A stretch of DNA of 64,000 nt from Anolis carolinensis (lineage: Eukaryota): positions 26,234,647 through 26,298,646 of the forward strand of contig NW_026943820.1 in assembly GCF_035594765.1 (NCBI RefSeq), given 5' to 3'. The position numbers and the translations under genes are program-made. Of this stretch, positions 41,598 through 53,910 are shown in pieces; the first letter of the stretch is position 1; each line of letters starts with the position of its first letter. The notes under the pieces are model-generated. The model searched no databases and was not told where the DNA came from. It saw only the letters and a list, made by a program, of their open reading frames with translations.

Positions 41598-41819
41598 GGT
41601 AGTCATGCCTACGCATGCGCGTGTGTGCCCAATGGGACTCATCATCACCCTGAATAGATTGACAGCTTTGCTAATCTATTCCAAAGTGATGATCTTATAC
41701 CGGCGCTACTCTTCCAAGGGTTAGAGGCGATTTATTTCCTCTTCTACAAGGAGATAACTTTACAGCTTGCTTTTCATTTCCCCCAAAGGACAGTATGGGG
41801 CCCTTTGTGGGCCATTGTG

Positions 41820-42240
41820 GTGGGCCGACAACGCAGCCGCTCTCATGTGCAGCCAAGCCCATTCCTTGTCTTTCCTATTGTTTTTTTCCTGCAGGGCAGC
41901 TGGCCAACATCTGCACCACAGCTGCCCCTCCTCCTTTGGACTGAAACATCTGCTTGGATCACGTGACAGGCGCTTGGAGGCAGTCTGTTGCACGGTCTTT
42001 TTCCCAACACATGCAAACTTTGGAGAGATGACACTGGGAAGGAGGAGGGATGTGCCGTGTCTGCATGCAACGAAGGAAAGAGATCCGGCGTGGCTTCGCT
42101 GAGCTAGGATTTCCTGGGCTATACGTTCAGAGGCCGGGGCCTGCCAGAACTAACGCGGGCCAGATGTGCCGACTTGGCAGCCGTGCGCCCAAACTTTATC
42201 GAAAGGATGCGCCGCTGACGTGATTGCGTTGGATGTAAGT
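41820..42240 (+). promoter_or_regulatory. CpG-rich putative promoter and non-coding exon, probably of B3GNT9
   Basis: CpG cluster with E-box TCACGTGAC (~41959), CRE-like TGACGTGA (~42216) and a plus-strand donor GAT|GTAAGT at ~42234. The next strong acceptor of a recognised gene is at 62868. Confidence 0.45.
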
Positions 42241-42300
42241 ATACGGACACTTTAATTCTGGGTTGGGAGGAGAATGTGCTCTTCGGATCCCTCATCTTCA

Positions 42301-43490
42301 AGGTTGCTGTATGTTTTCTGGGCTATATAGCTATGTTCCAGAAGTATTCTCTCCTGACGTTTCGCCCACATCTATGGCAGGCATCCTCAGAGGTTGTGAG
42401 GTACATTAGAAACAAGGCAAGTGAGTTGTAAAAGGCTTTCATGGCCGGAATCACTGGGTTGTTATGCACTTTCTGGGCTGTATGGCCATGTTCCAGAAGC
42501 ATTCTCTCCTGACGTTTCGCCCACATCTATGGCAGGCATCCTCAGAGGTTGTGAGGTACATTGGAAACAAGGCAAGTGAGCTGTAGAAGGCTTTCATGGC
42601 CAGAATCACTGGATTGTTATGCACTTTCTGGACTGTATGGCCATGTTCCAGAAGCATTCTCTCCTGATGTTTCGCCCACATCTATGGCAGGCATCCTCAG
42701 AGGTTGTGAGGTACATTGGAAACAAGGCAAGTGAGTTGTAAAAGGCTTTCATGGCCGGAATCACTGGGTTGTTATGCACTTTCTGGGCTGTATGGCCATG
42801 TTCCAGAAGCATTCTCTCCTGACGTTTCGCCCACATCTATGGCAGGCATCCTCAGAGGTTGTGAGGTACATTAGAAACAAGGCAAGTGAGTTGTAAAAGG
42901 CTTTCATGGCCGGAATCACTGGGTTGTTATGCACTTTCTGGGCTGTATGGCCATGTTCCAGAAGCATTCTCTCCTGACGTTTCGCCCACATCTATGGCAG
43001 GCATCCTCAGAGGTTGTGAGGTACATTAGAAACAAGGCAAGTGAGTTGTAAAAGGCTTTCATGGCCGGAATCACTGGGTTGTTATGCACTTTCTGGGCTG
43101 TATGGCCATGTTCCAGAAGCATTCTCTCCTGACGTTTCGCCCACATCTATGGCAGGCATCCTCAGAGGTTGTGAGGTACATTGGAAACAAGGCAAGTGAG
43201 CTGTAGAAGGCTTTCATGGCCAGAATCACTGGATTGTTATGCACTTTCTGGACTGTATGGCCATGTTCCAGAAGCATTCTCTCCTGACGTTTCGCCCACA
43301 TCTATGGCAGGCATCCTCAGAGGTTGTGAGGTACATTGGAAACAAGGCAAGTGAGCTGTAGAAGGCTTTCATGGCCGGAATCACTGGATTGTTATGCACT
43401 TTCCGGGCTGCATGTCCATGTTCCAGAAGCATTCTCTCCTGACGTTTCGCCCACATCTGTAGCAGGCATCCCCAGAGGTTGTGAGGTCTG
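42301..43490 (-). repeat. Tandem array of 8 x 155-bp Penelope pLTR-derived units, each with a minimal type I hammerhead motif on the minus strand
   Basis: Exact 155-bp period (42356, 42511, 42666, 42821, 42976, 43131, 43286, 43441); minus strand CCT-CTGAGGA-T-GCCTGC..GTGGGC-GAAA-CGTC-AGG. Confidence 0.85.
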
Positions 43491-45721
43491 TTGGAAACTT
43501 GGTTTATATATCTGTGGAAGTTCTTGGGTTATCTTCTGCTCTCTTTTCCCTTCTTTCATCTTCCTTGGCTGCCCAGTTGTCAATGCACACAATGTGTTGT
43601 TGAAGGCTTTCATGGCCGGAATAACTGGGTTGCTGTGCGTTTTCCGGGCTGTACGGCCATGTTCCAGAAGCATTCTCTCCTGACATTTCACCCACATCTA
43701 TGACAGGCATCCTCAGAGGTTGTGACGTCTGTTGAAGTTTCCCCACCACATAGATACATACATATTTTCGCTTTTATTATGTGTACTAGCTGTGCTCGGC
43801 CACGCGTTGTTGTGGCTTATGGGAATCATTTGTTGACCAGGTAGAATAGCAGTGAATAGCCTTGCAGCCTCAAAGCCTGGCCGTTTTCTTCTTATGCGAA
43901 TCCTAGTTTGGTGAGCTGGAATACAAAGGAATAGGCTTTCTGCTTGGAAGGCTGGGTACTTGTGTTCTAGGGGAATGGTTTTTTGGCCAATTTGAATTGC
44001 ACTGAATAGCCTCGCTGCTTCAAAGCCTGGTTGCTTTCTATATATGGGCATCCTTCCTTGGACAGGTTGAATGGGACGGAGTAGCTTCGTGGCTTCAAAG
44101 CCTGGGGATTTTCAACTGAGGGGAAATCTTGGTTGGTCATGTTGAACAGCACTGAATAGCCTTGTTGTTTGCAAGCCTGGCTGCTTTCTACCTTGCAGAA
44201 TCCTTGCTTGGCCAGTTTGAATGGCAATTAATAGTAAATTGGACTATTTTTTCTATTTTTTTTAATTGAAAGACATAGACTGGATGACTATGTCTTTTGC
44301 GGCCAAATTTGGTGTGATTGGGTTCAGTGGTTTTGTTGTTTACTCCATAATAAAACGTCACATTACATTTTTATACATATAGATACATGGTGTAGCATGT
44401 TCAAGCATGATCTGCTGAACTTGTGGACTGAAAAGTTGCAGATTTGAATCCAGGGAGTGGAGTGAGCACCCGCTGTTAGCCCCAGCTTCTGCCAACCTAG
44501 CAGGTTGAAAACATGCAAATGTGGGTAGATCAATAGGTACTGCTCCGGCGGGAAGGTAACAGCGCTCCATGCAGTCATGCCAATGGCCACATGACCTTGG
44601 AGGTGTCTACGGACAACGCTGGTTCTTCGGCTTAGAAATGGAGATGAGCACCAACCCCCAGAGTCGGACACGACTAGACTTAACGTCAGGGGAAACCGGT
44701 TGAGTTCTCTTCTCCCAGTTGTGCTGTGGGTCAGTCTTCCACCAGAAAAAGCACCAAGACACAAGCTGGTAGATTCCAACAGATTTTATTGTACAGAATA
44801 CCAGAACCTTCTCTTTGGCCCATTTATATAGGGGCTCTCACACACCAGAGGGTAATTGAGGTTTTATGGCTGGCCCGTTTTATGGCTGGCATCTGTTCTT
44901 TGTCAGCCGACCGGAGATGTCAAAGACTGGAGATCATGACAAAACCTTTACCTCTATCTATAGATATATATACACTCCACTTGCTTCACTGCCTACAGAA
45001 ACTCTGAAGATGCCGTTAGCCACAGATGCAGGCGAAACGTCGGGAGAGAATGCTGCTGGAACATGACCATACAGCTTGAAAAACTCACAGCAACTCAGGA
45101 CATTAGTGACTGGTTGTTTCGGGCATGTTGATGGGTTTTGTATCCTAGTGCAGTCAGTCCCTGCCAGCCTGGTCTTGGGAGAACCAAGCCCCTCGGTCCC
45201 CCATGAGAAAAGTGGAAAAAGAAATAAGCCATTCATGCTCCGGCACAAGCCAGGCGTCTGTCCAAAATGGCTTATTTTTACTCTTGGCCCGGCTTTCGGG
45301 GAAAGTTTCCCACTGCCTTCCTTCCCTCGGTATGACCAAGAAGGATTTTCCTGTAAGAACCCTGCCACGGAGACAGCGCTTGCGATGGCACGGCCCCGGC
45401 AGGAAGATTTTGCAGAGCCTGGCATCTGCCCAAGCAGCACATCGGAAGAGTTTTGTGCTTTTGACTAAAGGAGGAGACCCCGACGTGAGACCTCCAGGCC
45501 GGAATCATCCCAAGTGAATCCAGGTCTGTAGAGAAGGTTGCAGGGAATCCATTGTGCAAATAACCCTAGACTCTTTCTTCTTCCTCTTCTCTGTAGCTTT
45601 TCTTTCAACTGTTCCTCTTTTCTGCAACCATTCTCTCCTCTACAATGGACTACAATGTCCATTTATCCCGCTCGACAACTGTTCAGGATCTAACAAGAAT
45701 CGTAATCTAATCTATCTACAG

Positions 45722-45849
45722 CAGGGGTCCCCAAACTAAGGTCCGGGGGCCGGATGCGGCCCATCGAAGCCATTTATCCGGCCCCCACGGCACAAGAGCA
45801 TAAGGGGATTGGGCTAAATGACCCAAGGGGTCTCTTCTTCTCTTCCAAC

Positions 45850-45910
<61 letters not shown>

Positions 45911-46013
45911 ATTGAGGCTGGGTGGCCATCTGTCAGGCATGCTTTACTTGTGCTTTTGGTGCACAAAGGCAGAAGGGAATTGGACTAAATGGCCCAAGGG
46001 GTCTCTTCCAACT

Positions 46014-46067
<54 letters not shown>

Positions 46068-46171
46068 ATTGAGGCTGGGTGGCCATCTGTCAGGCATGCT
46101 TTACTTGTGCTTTTGGTGCACAAAGGCAGAAGGGAATTGGACTAAATGGCCCAAGGGGTCTCTTCCAACTC

Positions 46172-46209
<38 letters not shown>

Positions 46210-46311
46210 ATTGAGGCTGGGTGGCCATCTGTCAGGCATGCTTTACTTGTGCTTTTGGTGCACAAAGGCAGAAGGGAATTGGACTAAATGGCCCAAGGGG
46301 TCTCTTCCAAC

Positions 46312-46351
<40 letters not shown>

Positions 46352-46456
46352 ATTGAGGCTGGGTGGCCATCTGTCAGGCGTGCTTTACTTGTGCTTTTGG
46401 TGCACAAAGGCAGAAGGGAATTGGACTAAATGGCCCAAGGGGTCTCTTCCAACCCA

Positions 46457-46505
<49 letters not shown>

Positions 46506-47669
46506 ATTGAGGCTGGGTGGCCATCTGTCAGGCGTGCTTTACTTGTGCTTTTGGTGCACAAAGGCAGAAGGGGGTTGGACCAAATGGCCCAAGGGGTCTC
46601 TTCCAACCCTCTTTATTATTATTATTATTATTAACACTAGCTGTGCCCGGCCACGCGTTGCTGTGGCAAAGTGGTGGGTGGTATTGGTTAAAAATTGTTG
46701 TGTAATTTTTATTTGACGTTATTTGTATTTTTAAAAATTAATTTTATTGTAAGTTATCTTTTCATTTATTATATTTTATTATTTTCTTGTATTATTTTTA
46801 GTTATTTTCTGTTATTATAGTATTTTATTGTATTAATTTTTTGTGTTTTTTATTATTTTTTATTGGGTTGCTAGGAGACCAAGTTGGAGGACCTTAGCCC
46901 AATAACTGGCAGCAATTGGATAAAAGCAATTATTCCTCTCTCTCTAATTAGGACTTTATTTTTCTTTTCTTTTTGTTGTATCAACCTAGAGGCGTGGATG
47001 ATGGGTTGTGTTGTCAAATTTCGAGGTTGGGGGGCCTGTAGTTTTGTTGTTTTGTGGGTCGCCGTGATGCCATCACTTTTTTATATATATAGACTAGCTG
47101 TGCCCGGCCACACGTTGCTGTGGCGAAGTATGGTGGTATGGGAAATAAAGTATTGAGGAATTGGTGGTAGTTAAGATAAAGGGTCCCCTGGGCTGAGTGG
47201 GTTGCTTAGGAGACCAAGTGAGCGGAGCTTAGCCTTCTAACTGGCAGCAATTGGATAAAAACAATTATTCCTCTCCCTCTAATTAGGACTTTATTTTTCT
47301 TTTCTTTTTGTTGTATCAACCTAGAGGCATGGATGAGGGGTTGTGCTGTCAATTTTCGAGGTTGTGGGGTGTTTACTTTTGTTGTTTTGTCCGCTGCCGT
47401 GATGCCATCACTCTTTTATATATATAGATTGAGGTTGGGTGGCCATCTGTCAGGGGTTCTTTGCTTGTGCTTTCAGTGCAAAAAGGCAGAAGGGGATTGG
47501 ACTCAATGGCCCAAAGGGTCTCTTCCAACCCTCTTTTTTATTGTTGTTGTTATTGTTGTTGTTGTTGTTATTATTATTATTATTGCTCAGTGGCCAGCTA
47601 TAGTCTGGCCCTCCAACAGTATGAAGGATCGTGAACTGGCCCCCTGTTTAAAAAGTTTGGGGACCCCTG
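45722..47669. mobile_element. Non-autonomous hAT element carrying an internal minisatellite and two Helitrons
   Basis: TIR CAGGGGTCCCCAAACT / AGTTTGGGGACCCCTG and 8-bp TSD ATCTACAG. Confidence 0.88.
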
Positions 47670-50343
47670 ATCTACAGCAAAACTGGATTTCTTCACTTGC
47701 CTCCTTTGAGTGCTTTCCTTTTTAGCATGCCTTTGCTGCAGTTGCTTTGCATCTTTCTGTTTTTCTTGGCCAAGAGGAACAGATTCCAAGGCTGACCATT
47801 GCACGGCTGGATACGTGAAAGAAATCCGATTGGCTGGATTCAAGTCCCGATTCAAAGCAAGGAGTTAGGTCTGAATCTCGCCTCCAGCTGCCTTTAAACT
47901 CTTCATGGTTGGAATCACTAGCTGTGACTTTTTTGGGCTGCATGGCCATGTTCCAGCAGCATTCCCTCCTGATGTTTCGCCTGCATCTGTAGCTAATGGC
48001 ATCTTCAAAGCTTCTGTTGGCAATGAATCAAGTGGAATGTATATGTATTTAATGTCCAGGGTGGGAGAAAGAACTCTTGTCTGTTTAAAACAAGTGTGAA
48101 TGTTGCCATTAGCAAGCTTGAATAGCATTGAGTAGCCATGAAGTTTGCAAAGTCAATCAGTGAGGGGCAATGTTTGAGAATTATATAAAGATGGATGAAA
48201 AATAAATTAATAGCACTATGAACGATGGACTTTAAACAATAGAGGAAAATAAGCTTTGTAAAAAAAGTTTAGGATACATAAAGATTTGATAATCAAGGGG
48301 TAAAGGAAGATGAACAGAAGTCAACTATATATTATATTTTTATATTATTATTATTATTTGTTCTTCTCCTTTTTTTCTTTTTTCTTTTTTTTGAGGGTAG
48401 GTAGGTAGGAAGTGGTGACTGGACACTAAACTCATTTCCTCACTTTCTTTAAGAAATCTGTTCTCACTCTTTTGCTGTACATTTTTGAAAAATCATAATA
48501 AAAATTATTTTTAAAAAATCAGTGAGGGTATCTGCATAGAGGTAGCCTGCCCTCTGTTGCCTGGAGGCATCCTCTGTTTGGGAGGTGTTAACTGGCACTT
48601 GATTATTCGCTGTCAGGACATTCCACAGATATATACAACGCACTCCACTTACTTCGCTGCCAACAGAACTTCTGAAGAAGCCAATAGCAACAGTTGTAGG
48701 AAAAAACGTCAGGAGAAAGTGCTACTGGAACATGACCATACAGTCTGGAAAACACACAACAACCTTGAAACTCACAGCAATGTGTTGTCGAAGGCTTTCA
48801 TGGCTGGAATCACAGAATTGTTGTGCATTTTCCGGGCTCTATGGCCATGTTCCAGAAGCATTCTCTCCTGACATTTCACCCACAACTGTGGCAGGCATCC
48901 TCAGAGGTATGAGGGTGAAATGTCAGGAGATAATGCTTCTGGAACATGGCCATACAGCCCGAAAAACACAATCCAGAAACTCAAAGCAACCCATCCAAAC
49001 TTGTCTGTTGTGTGTGCCAAGTAGCCACATCTGTAATTCTGTATTTGTTTTTGTCGTGTGCCTTCAAGTTGTGCCTGATTTATGGCAAATCTATTTTCTT
49101 AAAAAGAAAATGGGTTCCCTGGAACTACAAAGACAAGTACCCACTATTACAGTAATACAGAAATCATTAAACCTAAATTTAGTTCAATACAACAATATGA
49201 AAACAGATACAAAAGGCATTGTTAAACAATCAAACAAAGGACTGTGACATTCACAGTAAAAACAGTATTTTTCTCTTGAAGGATGAATTTACTCCTCTTC
49301 TCATAAACAATAAATGTTCTTTAGTTCTTTAATTGTTCCAAATATACAAACTGAGTCCTCTTCTTATATATAATTACTAGCTGTGCCCGGCCACGCGTTG
49401 CTGAGGCAAAGTGGTGGTGGTATTGGTTAAAAGTTGTTGTGGAATTTTTATTTGACATGATTTGTATTTTTTTAATTAATTTTATTGTAACTTATTTTTT
49501 TATTTATTATATTTTATTATTTTGTTGTATTATTTTTAGTTATTTTGTTATAGTATTTCATTGTATTAATTTTTTTAGTGTTTTTAATTATTTTTAGTGT
49601 TTTTTTATTGTTTTTGATTGGGTTGCTAGGAGACCAAGTTGGAGGAGCTTAGCCTTCTAACTGGCAGCAATTGGATAAAAGCAATTATTCCTCTCCTTCT
49701 AATTAGGACTTTATTTTTCTTTTCTTTTTGTTGTATCAACCTAGAGGCGTGGATGATGGGTTGTGTTGTCAAATTTTGAGGTTGGGGGGCCTGTAGTTTT
49801 GTTGTTTTGTGGGTCGCCGTGATGCCATCACTCTTTTATATATATAGATTGTTCTTGTTTCTTTATTATGGATAGTAGACTCCAAAACCACAACCGATTT
49901 CAATTCAAAAGAGTCTTCATCAGGTGGATTGTAGTTCTTTTTTCAGTTGTTTTAAGGTTTTTTTTAATGTGGATCAGAAAGATCTAGGTTTTAACACGCA
50001 TACTCTGCAAACAGTTTGATTCCAATTCAATACAATTTTTTTCTTGGTAGGATTTCTTCTGAGAAGGTGTGCCATTGATTTCCTCCGTGGATGAAAAACT
50101 AGCCTTGTCCAAGATCCCCCAATGCGTTTCCATGGCCGAGCAGTTTTCAAACCTTGGTGTCCTAAATGAACGTTCAAATTATTACATTTCACTGGCTCTA
50201 TGCCTATATACAGGGTGAGGATAACATTGTAATGAGGGATCATAGTGGTTTGAGGGTTGGATTATGACTTTGGAGACCAGGTTCAATTTGCCACTCAGCC
50301 GTGATAATCCACAGAGTGGCCCTGGTCAAATCACACACTCTCA

Positions 50344-51898
50344 TAGAATCATAGAATAGTAGAGTTGGAAGGGACCTCATGGGCCATCCAGTCCAACCCC
50401 CTGCTAAGAAGCAGGAAATCGCATTCAAAGCACCCCCGACAGATGGCCATCCAGCCTCTGCTTAAAAGCCTCCAAAGAAGGAGCCTCCACCATGGCCCCG
50501 GGGAGAGAGTTCCACTGTCGAACAGCCCTTCTCACAGGGAGGAAGTTCTTCCTGATGTTCAGGTGGAATCTCCTTTCCTGTAGTTTGAAGCCATTGTTCC
50601 CTTGTGTCCTAGTCTGCAGGGCAGCAGAAAACAAGCTTGCTCCCTCCTCCCTATGACTTCCCTTCACGTATTTGTACATGGCTATCATGTCTCCTCTCAG
50701 CCTTCTCTTCTGCAGGCTAAACATGCCCAGATCTTTAAGCCACTCCTCATAGGGCTTGTTCTCCAGACCCTTAATCATTTTAGTCGCCCTCCTCTGGACG
50801 CTTTCCAGCTTGTCAACATCTCCCTTCAACTGTGGTGCCCAAAATTGGACACAGTGTGATTCCAGGTGTGGTCTGACCAAGGCAGAATAGAAAGAGGGGG
50901 AGCATAACTTCCTTGGATCTAGACGCTATTCCCCTATTGATACAGGCCAGAATCCCGTTGGCTTTTTTAGCAGCCGCATCACATTGTTGGCTCATGTTTA
51001 GCTTGTTGTCCACGAGGACTCCAAGGTCTTTTTCGCACACACTGCTGTCAAGCCAGGCGTCCCCCATTCTGTATCTTTGATTTCCATTTTTTCTGCCAAA
51101 GTGAAGTATCTTGCATTTGTCCCTGTTAAACTTCATTTTGTTAATTTTGGCCCATCTCTCTAGTCTGTCAAGATCGTTTTGAATTCTGCTCCTGTCTTCT
51201 GGAGTGTTAGCTATCCCTCCCAGTTTTGTGTCGTCTGCAAACTTGATGATCGTGCCTTCTGACCCTTCGTCTAAGTCGTTAATAAAGATGTTGAACAGAA
51301 CCGGGCCCAGGACGGAGCCCTGCTTGTGGCACTCCACTTGTCACTTCTTTCCATGATGAAGATGACGCATTGGTGAGCACCCTTTGGGTTCGTTCGCTTA
51401 GCCAATTACAGATCCACCTAACCGTAGTTTTGTCTAGCCCACATTTTACTAGTTTGTTTGCCAGAAGGTCGTGGGGGACTTTGTCGAAGGCCTTACTGAA
51501 ATCCAGGTACGCTACATCCACAGCATTCCCTGTATCGACCCAACTCGTAACTCTATCGAAAAAAGAGATCAGATTAGTCTGGCATGACTTGTTTTTGGTA
51601 AATCCGTGTTGACTATTAGCAATGACCGCATTTGTTTCTAAGTGTTCGCAGACCACTTCCTTAATGATCTTTTCCAGAATTTTGCCTGGTATTGATGTGA
51701 GGCTGACCGGACGGTAATTGTTTGGGTCGTTCTTTTTTCCCTTCTTGAAGATCGGGACCACATTCGCCCTCCTCCAATCTGCTGGGACTTCTCCCATTCT
51801 CCAAGAACTCTCGAAGATAATTGCCAGTGGTTCTGAAATAACTTCCGCTAGTTCCTTCAGTACTCTTGGGTGTAGCTGATCTGGCCCTGGGGACTTGA
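50344..51898 (-). mobile_element. 5'-truncated CR1 LINE (RT region, frameshifted)
   Basis: ORF pieces with NYRPVSLTS, YLDFSKAFDKV, QGSVLGP, KFADDTKL; (ATTCTATG)n tail at 50341; ACTCTCA TSD; interrupts a tRNA-like SINE. Confidence 0.93.
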
Positions 51899-52361
51899 AC
51901 TCTCAGCCTTATAAAAATCCATGGGGTTTGGTATGTTTTGGAATAGGAGGATATCCAGGGGGTTTCCATAACCACAACACTAGTGGGATTTGGTACAGCG
52001 TAGGTCTTCACGTGGATCTACTGTACGATATTGAGCCACAGAGAATCATGGTCCTAGAGTTGAGAGATTTTGCTGCGAACTCAAAGATGCTGTGAACAGA
52101 GCTGGCAAGTTGTTTTACAAGCGCTGGAGAAAGTGGTGGGAATAAGGAAATGCTGTTGTGTTTTAACAGCAAAAGGCCAAAGGAGTGTGAGCCAAGCTCC
52201 ACTGCAGAGTCCAAGTTCACTCTCAGCACAGAAGAGCCATAAAACTGGCTCTTTCCTCGAATTTGCTGACTGGCCAAGAGGTCGCATTTCATCGATTGTC
52301 CAGTTCGTTGCCTGTAAGCAAACACGGAGCAGGAACTTGTCCTAGCAAGTGTTCCAAATAA

Positions 52362-53910
52362 GTGTTGTTGAAGGCGTTCATTGCCGGAATGACAGCGTTG
52401 TTGTGTGTTTTCCGGGCTGTATGGCCATGTTCCAGAAGCATTCTCTCCTGATGTTTCGCCCACATCTATGGCAGGCATCCTCAAAGGTTGTGAGGTATAT
52501 GGAGAAACTAAGCAAGGAAAGTTTATATATTTGTGGAATGTCCAGAGTTGGAGAAAGAACTCTTGTATGTTTGAGGCCAGTTTGAATGTTGTAATTAATC
52601 GCCTTGATTAGCATTAATGGCCTTGCCAGCTTCATGTCCTGGCTTTTTCCTGCCTGGGGGAATCTTTTGTGTGGAGGTGTTACCTGCCCCTGATTGATTC
52701 ATATCTGGAATTCTCTTTTCAGAGTGTTGTTCCTTATTGACTGTCCTGATTTCAAAGTTTTTTAATACTGGTAGCTAGGTTTTGTTCATTTTCATGGTTT
52801 CCTCCTTTCTGTTGACATTATCCACATGCTTGGATAACTGAATCAATTAGGGGCAGCTAACACCTCCAAACAAAAGATTCCACAGGCAGGAAGAAGCTAG
52901 GACATGAAGCTTGCAAGGCCATTAATGCTAATCAAAGTGGTATATACTCGAGTATAAGCCGACCCAAATATAAGCCGAGGCACCTAATTTCACCACAAAA
53001 AACTGGAAAAACACTGACTCATGTATAAGCCGAGGGAGGTAAATTTCAGAAATAAAAATAGATACCAATAAAATTACATTAATTGAGGCATCAGTAGGTT
53101 AAATGTTTTTGAGTATTTACATAAAGCTCAGATTTAACATAAGACTGTCCAACTCTGATTAAATCATTATTCTCATCTTCTTCAATGTAAATGTGCTTAT
53201 GTATCCTTTTAATAATAACAGAATAAAATAATACATGTAATAATAATAATAAATACAGGAAAATAATACATGTAATAATAAATACAGTAAAACAATAAAT
53301 GTAATAATAATAATAAGACCAGAGTGAAATAATAAATGTATTATTAATAATAAAAAATGGAGTAAAATAAATGTAATAGTAGCAACAATAATAGAGAAAA
53401 ATAATAAATGTAATAATACCAATAATAGAGAAATATAATAAATGTACCATATATTCTTGAGGATAAGCTGACCCAAATATAAGCCAACCAGGACCCTCAC
53501 CGGAGTATAAGCTGAGGGGGAATTTTTCAGTCTTAAAAAAAGGGCTGAAAAACTAGGCTTATACTTGAGTATATACAGTAATCACCTTGATTAGCATTAA
53601 TGGCCTTGCCAGCTTCATGTCCTGGCTTTTTCCTGCCTGGGGGAGTCTTTTGTTTGGAGGTGTTAGCTGCCCCTGATTGATTCATATCTGGAATTCCTCT
53701 GTTTTCAGAGTGTTGTTCCTTATTTATTGTTCTGATTTTAGAGTTTTTGTTAAATACTGGTAGACAGATTGTGTTCATTTTCATGGTTTCCTCCTTTTTG
53801 TTGAAATTGTCCACATGCTTGTGGATTTCAACGTCGTCTCTGTGTAAATAAATACGTCAGGAGAGAATGCTTCTGGAACATGGCCATACAACCCGGAAAA
53901 CACACAACAA
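52362..53910 (-). mobile_element. Penelope-like element remnants (pLTR plus end of ORF), interrupted by a pogo/Tc2-like MITE (~52940-53578)
   Basis: EIHKHVDNFNKKEE-like C-terminus and the hammerhead-bearing pLTR. The same family recurs at ~1620-2365, 3885-4065, 18068-19450, 27763-27925, 31933-32720, 33405-33530, 38350-38860, 44950-45100 and 47905-48975, often as inverted pairs. Confidence 0.7.

Noticed and set aside
42301-43490. CRISPR-like array, or the repeated 76-aa ORFs as a gene
   Set aside because: Whole units repeat with no unique spacers, the context is eukaryotic, and the ORFs are incidental frames of the Penelope-derived repeat.
45716-46716. Poly-Ile/Leu/Asn ORFs here and at 5359-5882, 6157, 22084, 29739, 38075
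   Set aside because: Translations of (ATT)n microsatellites.
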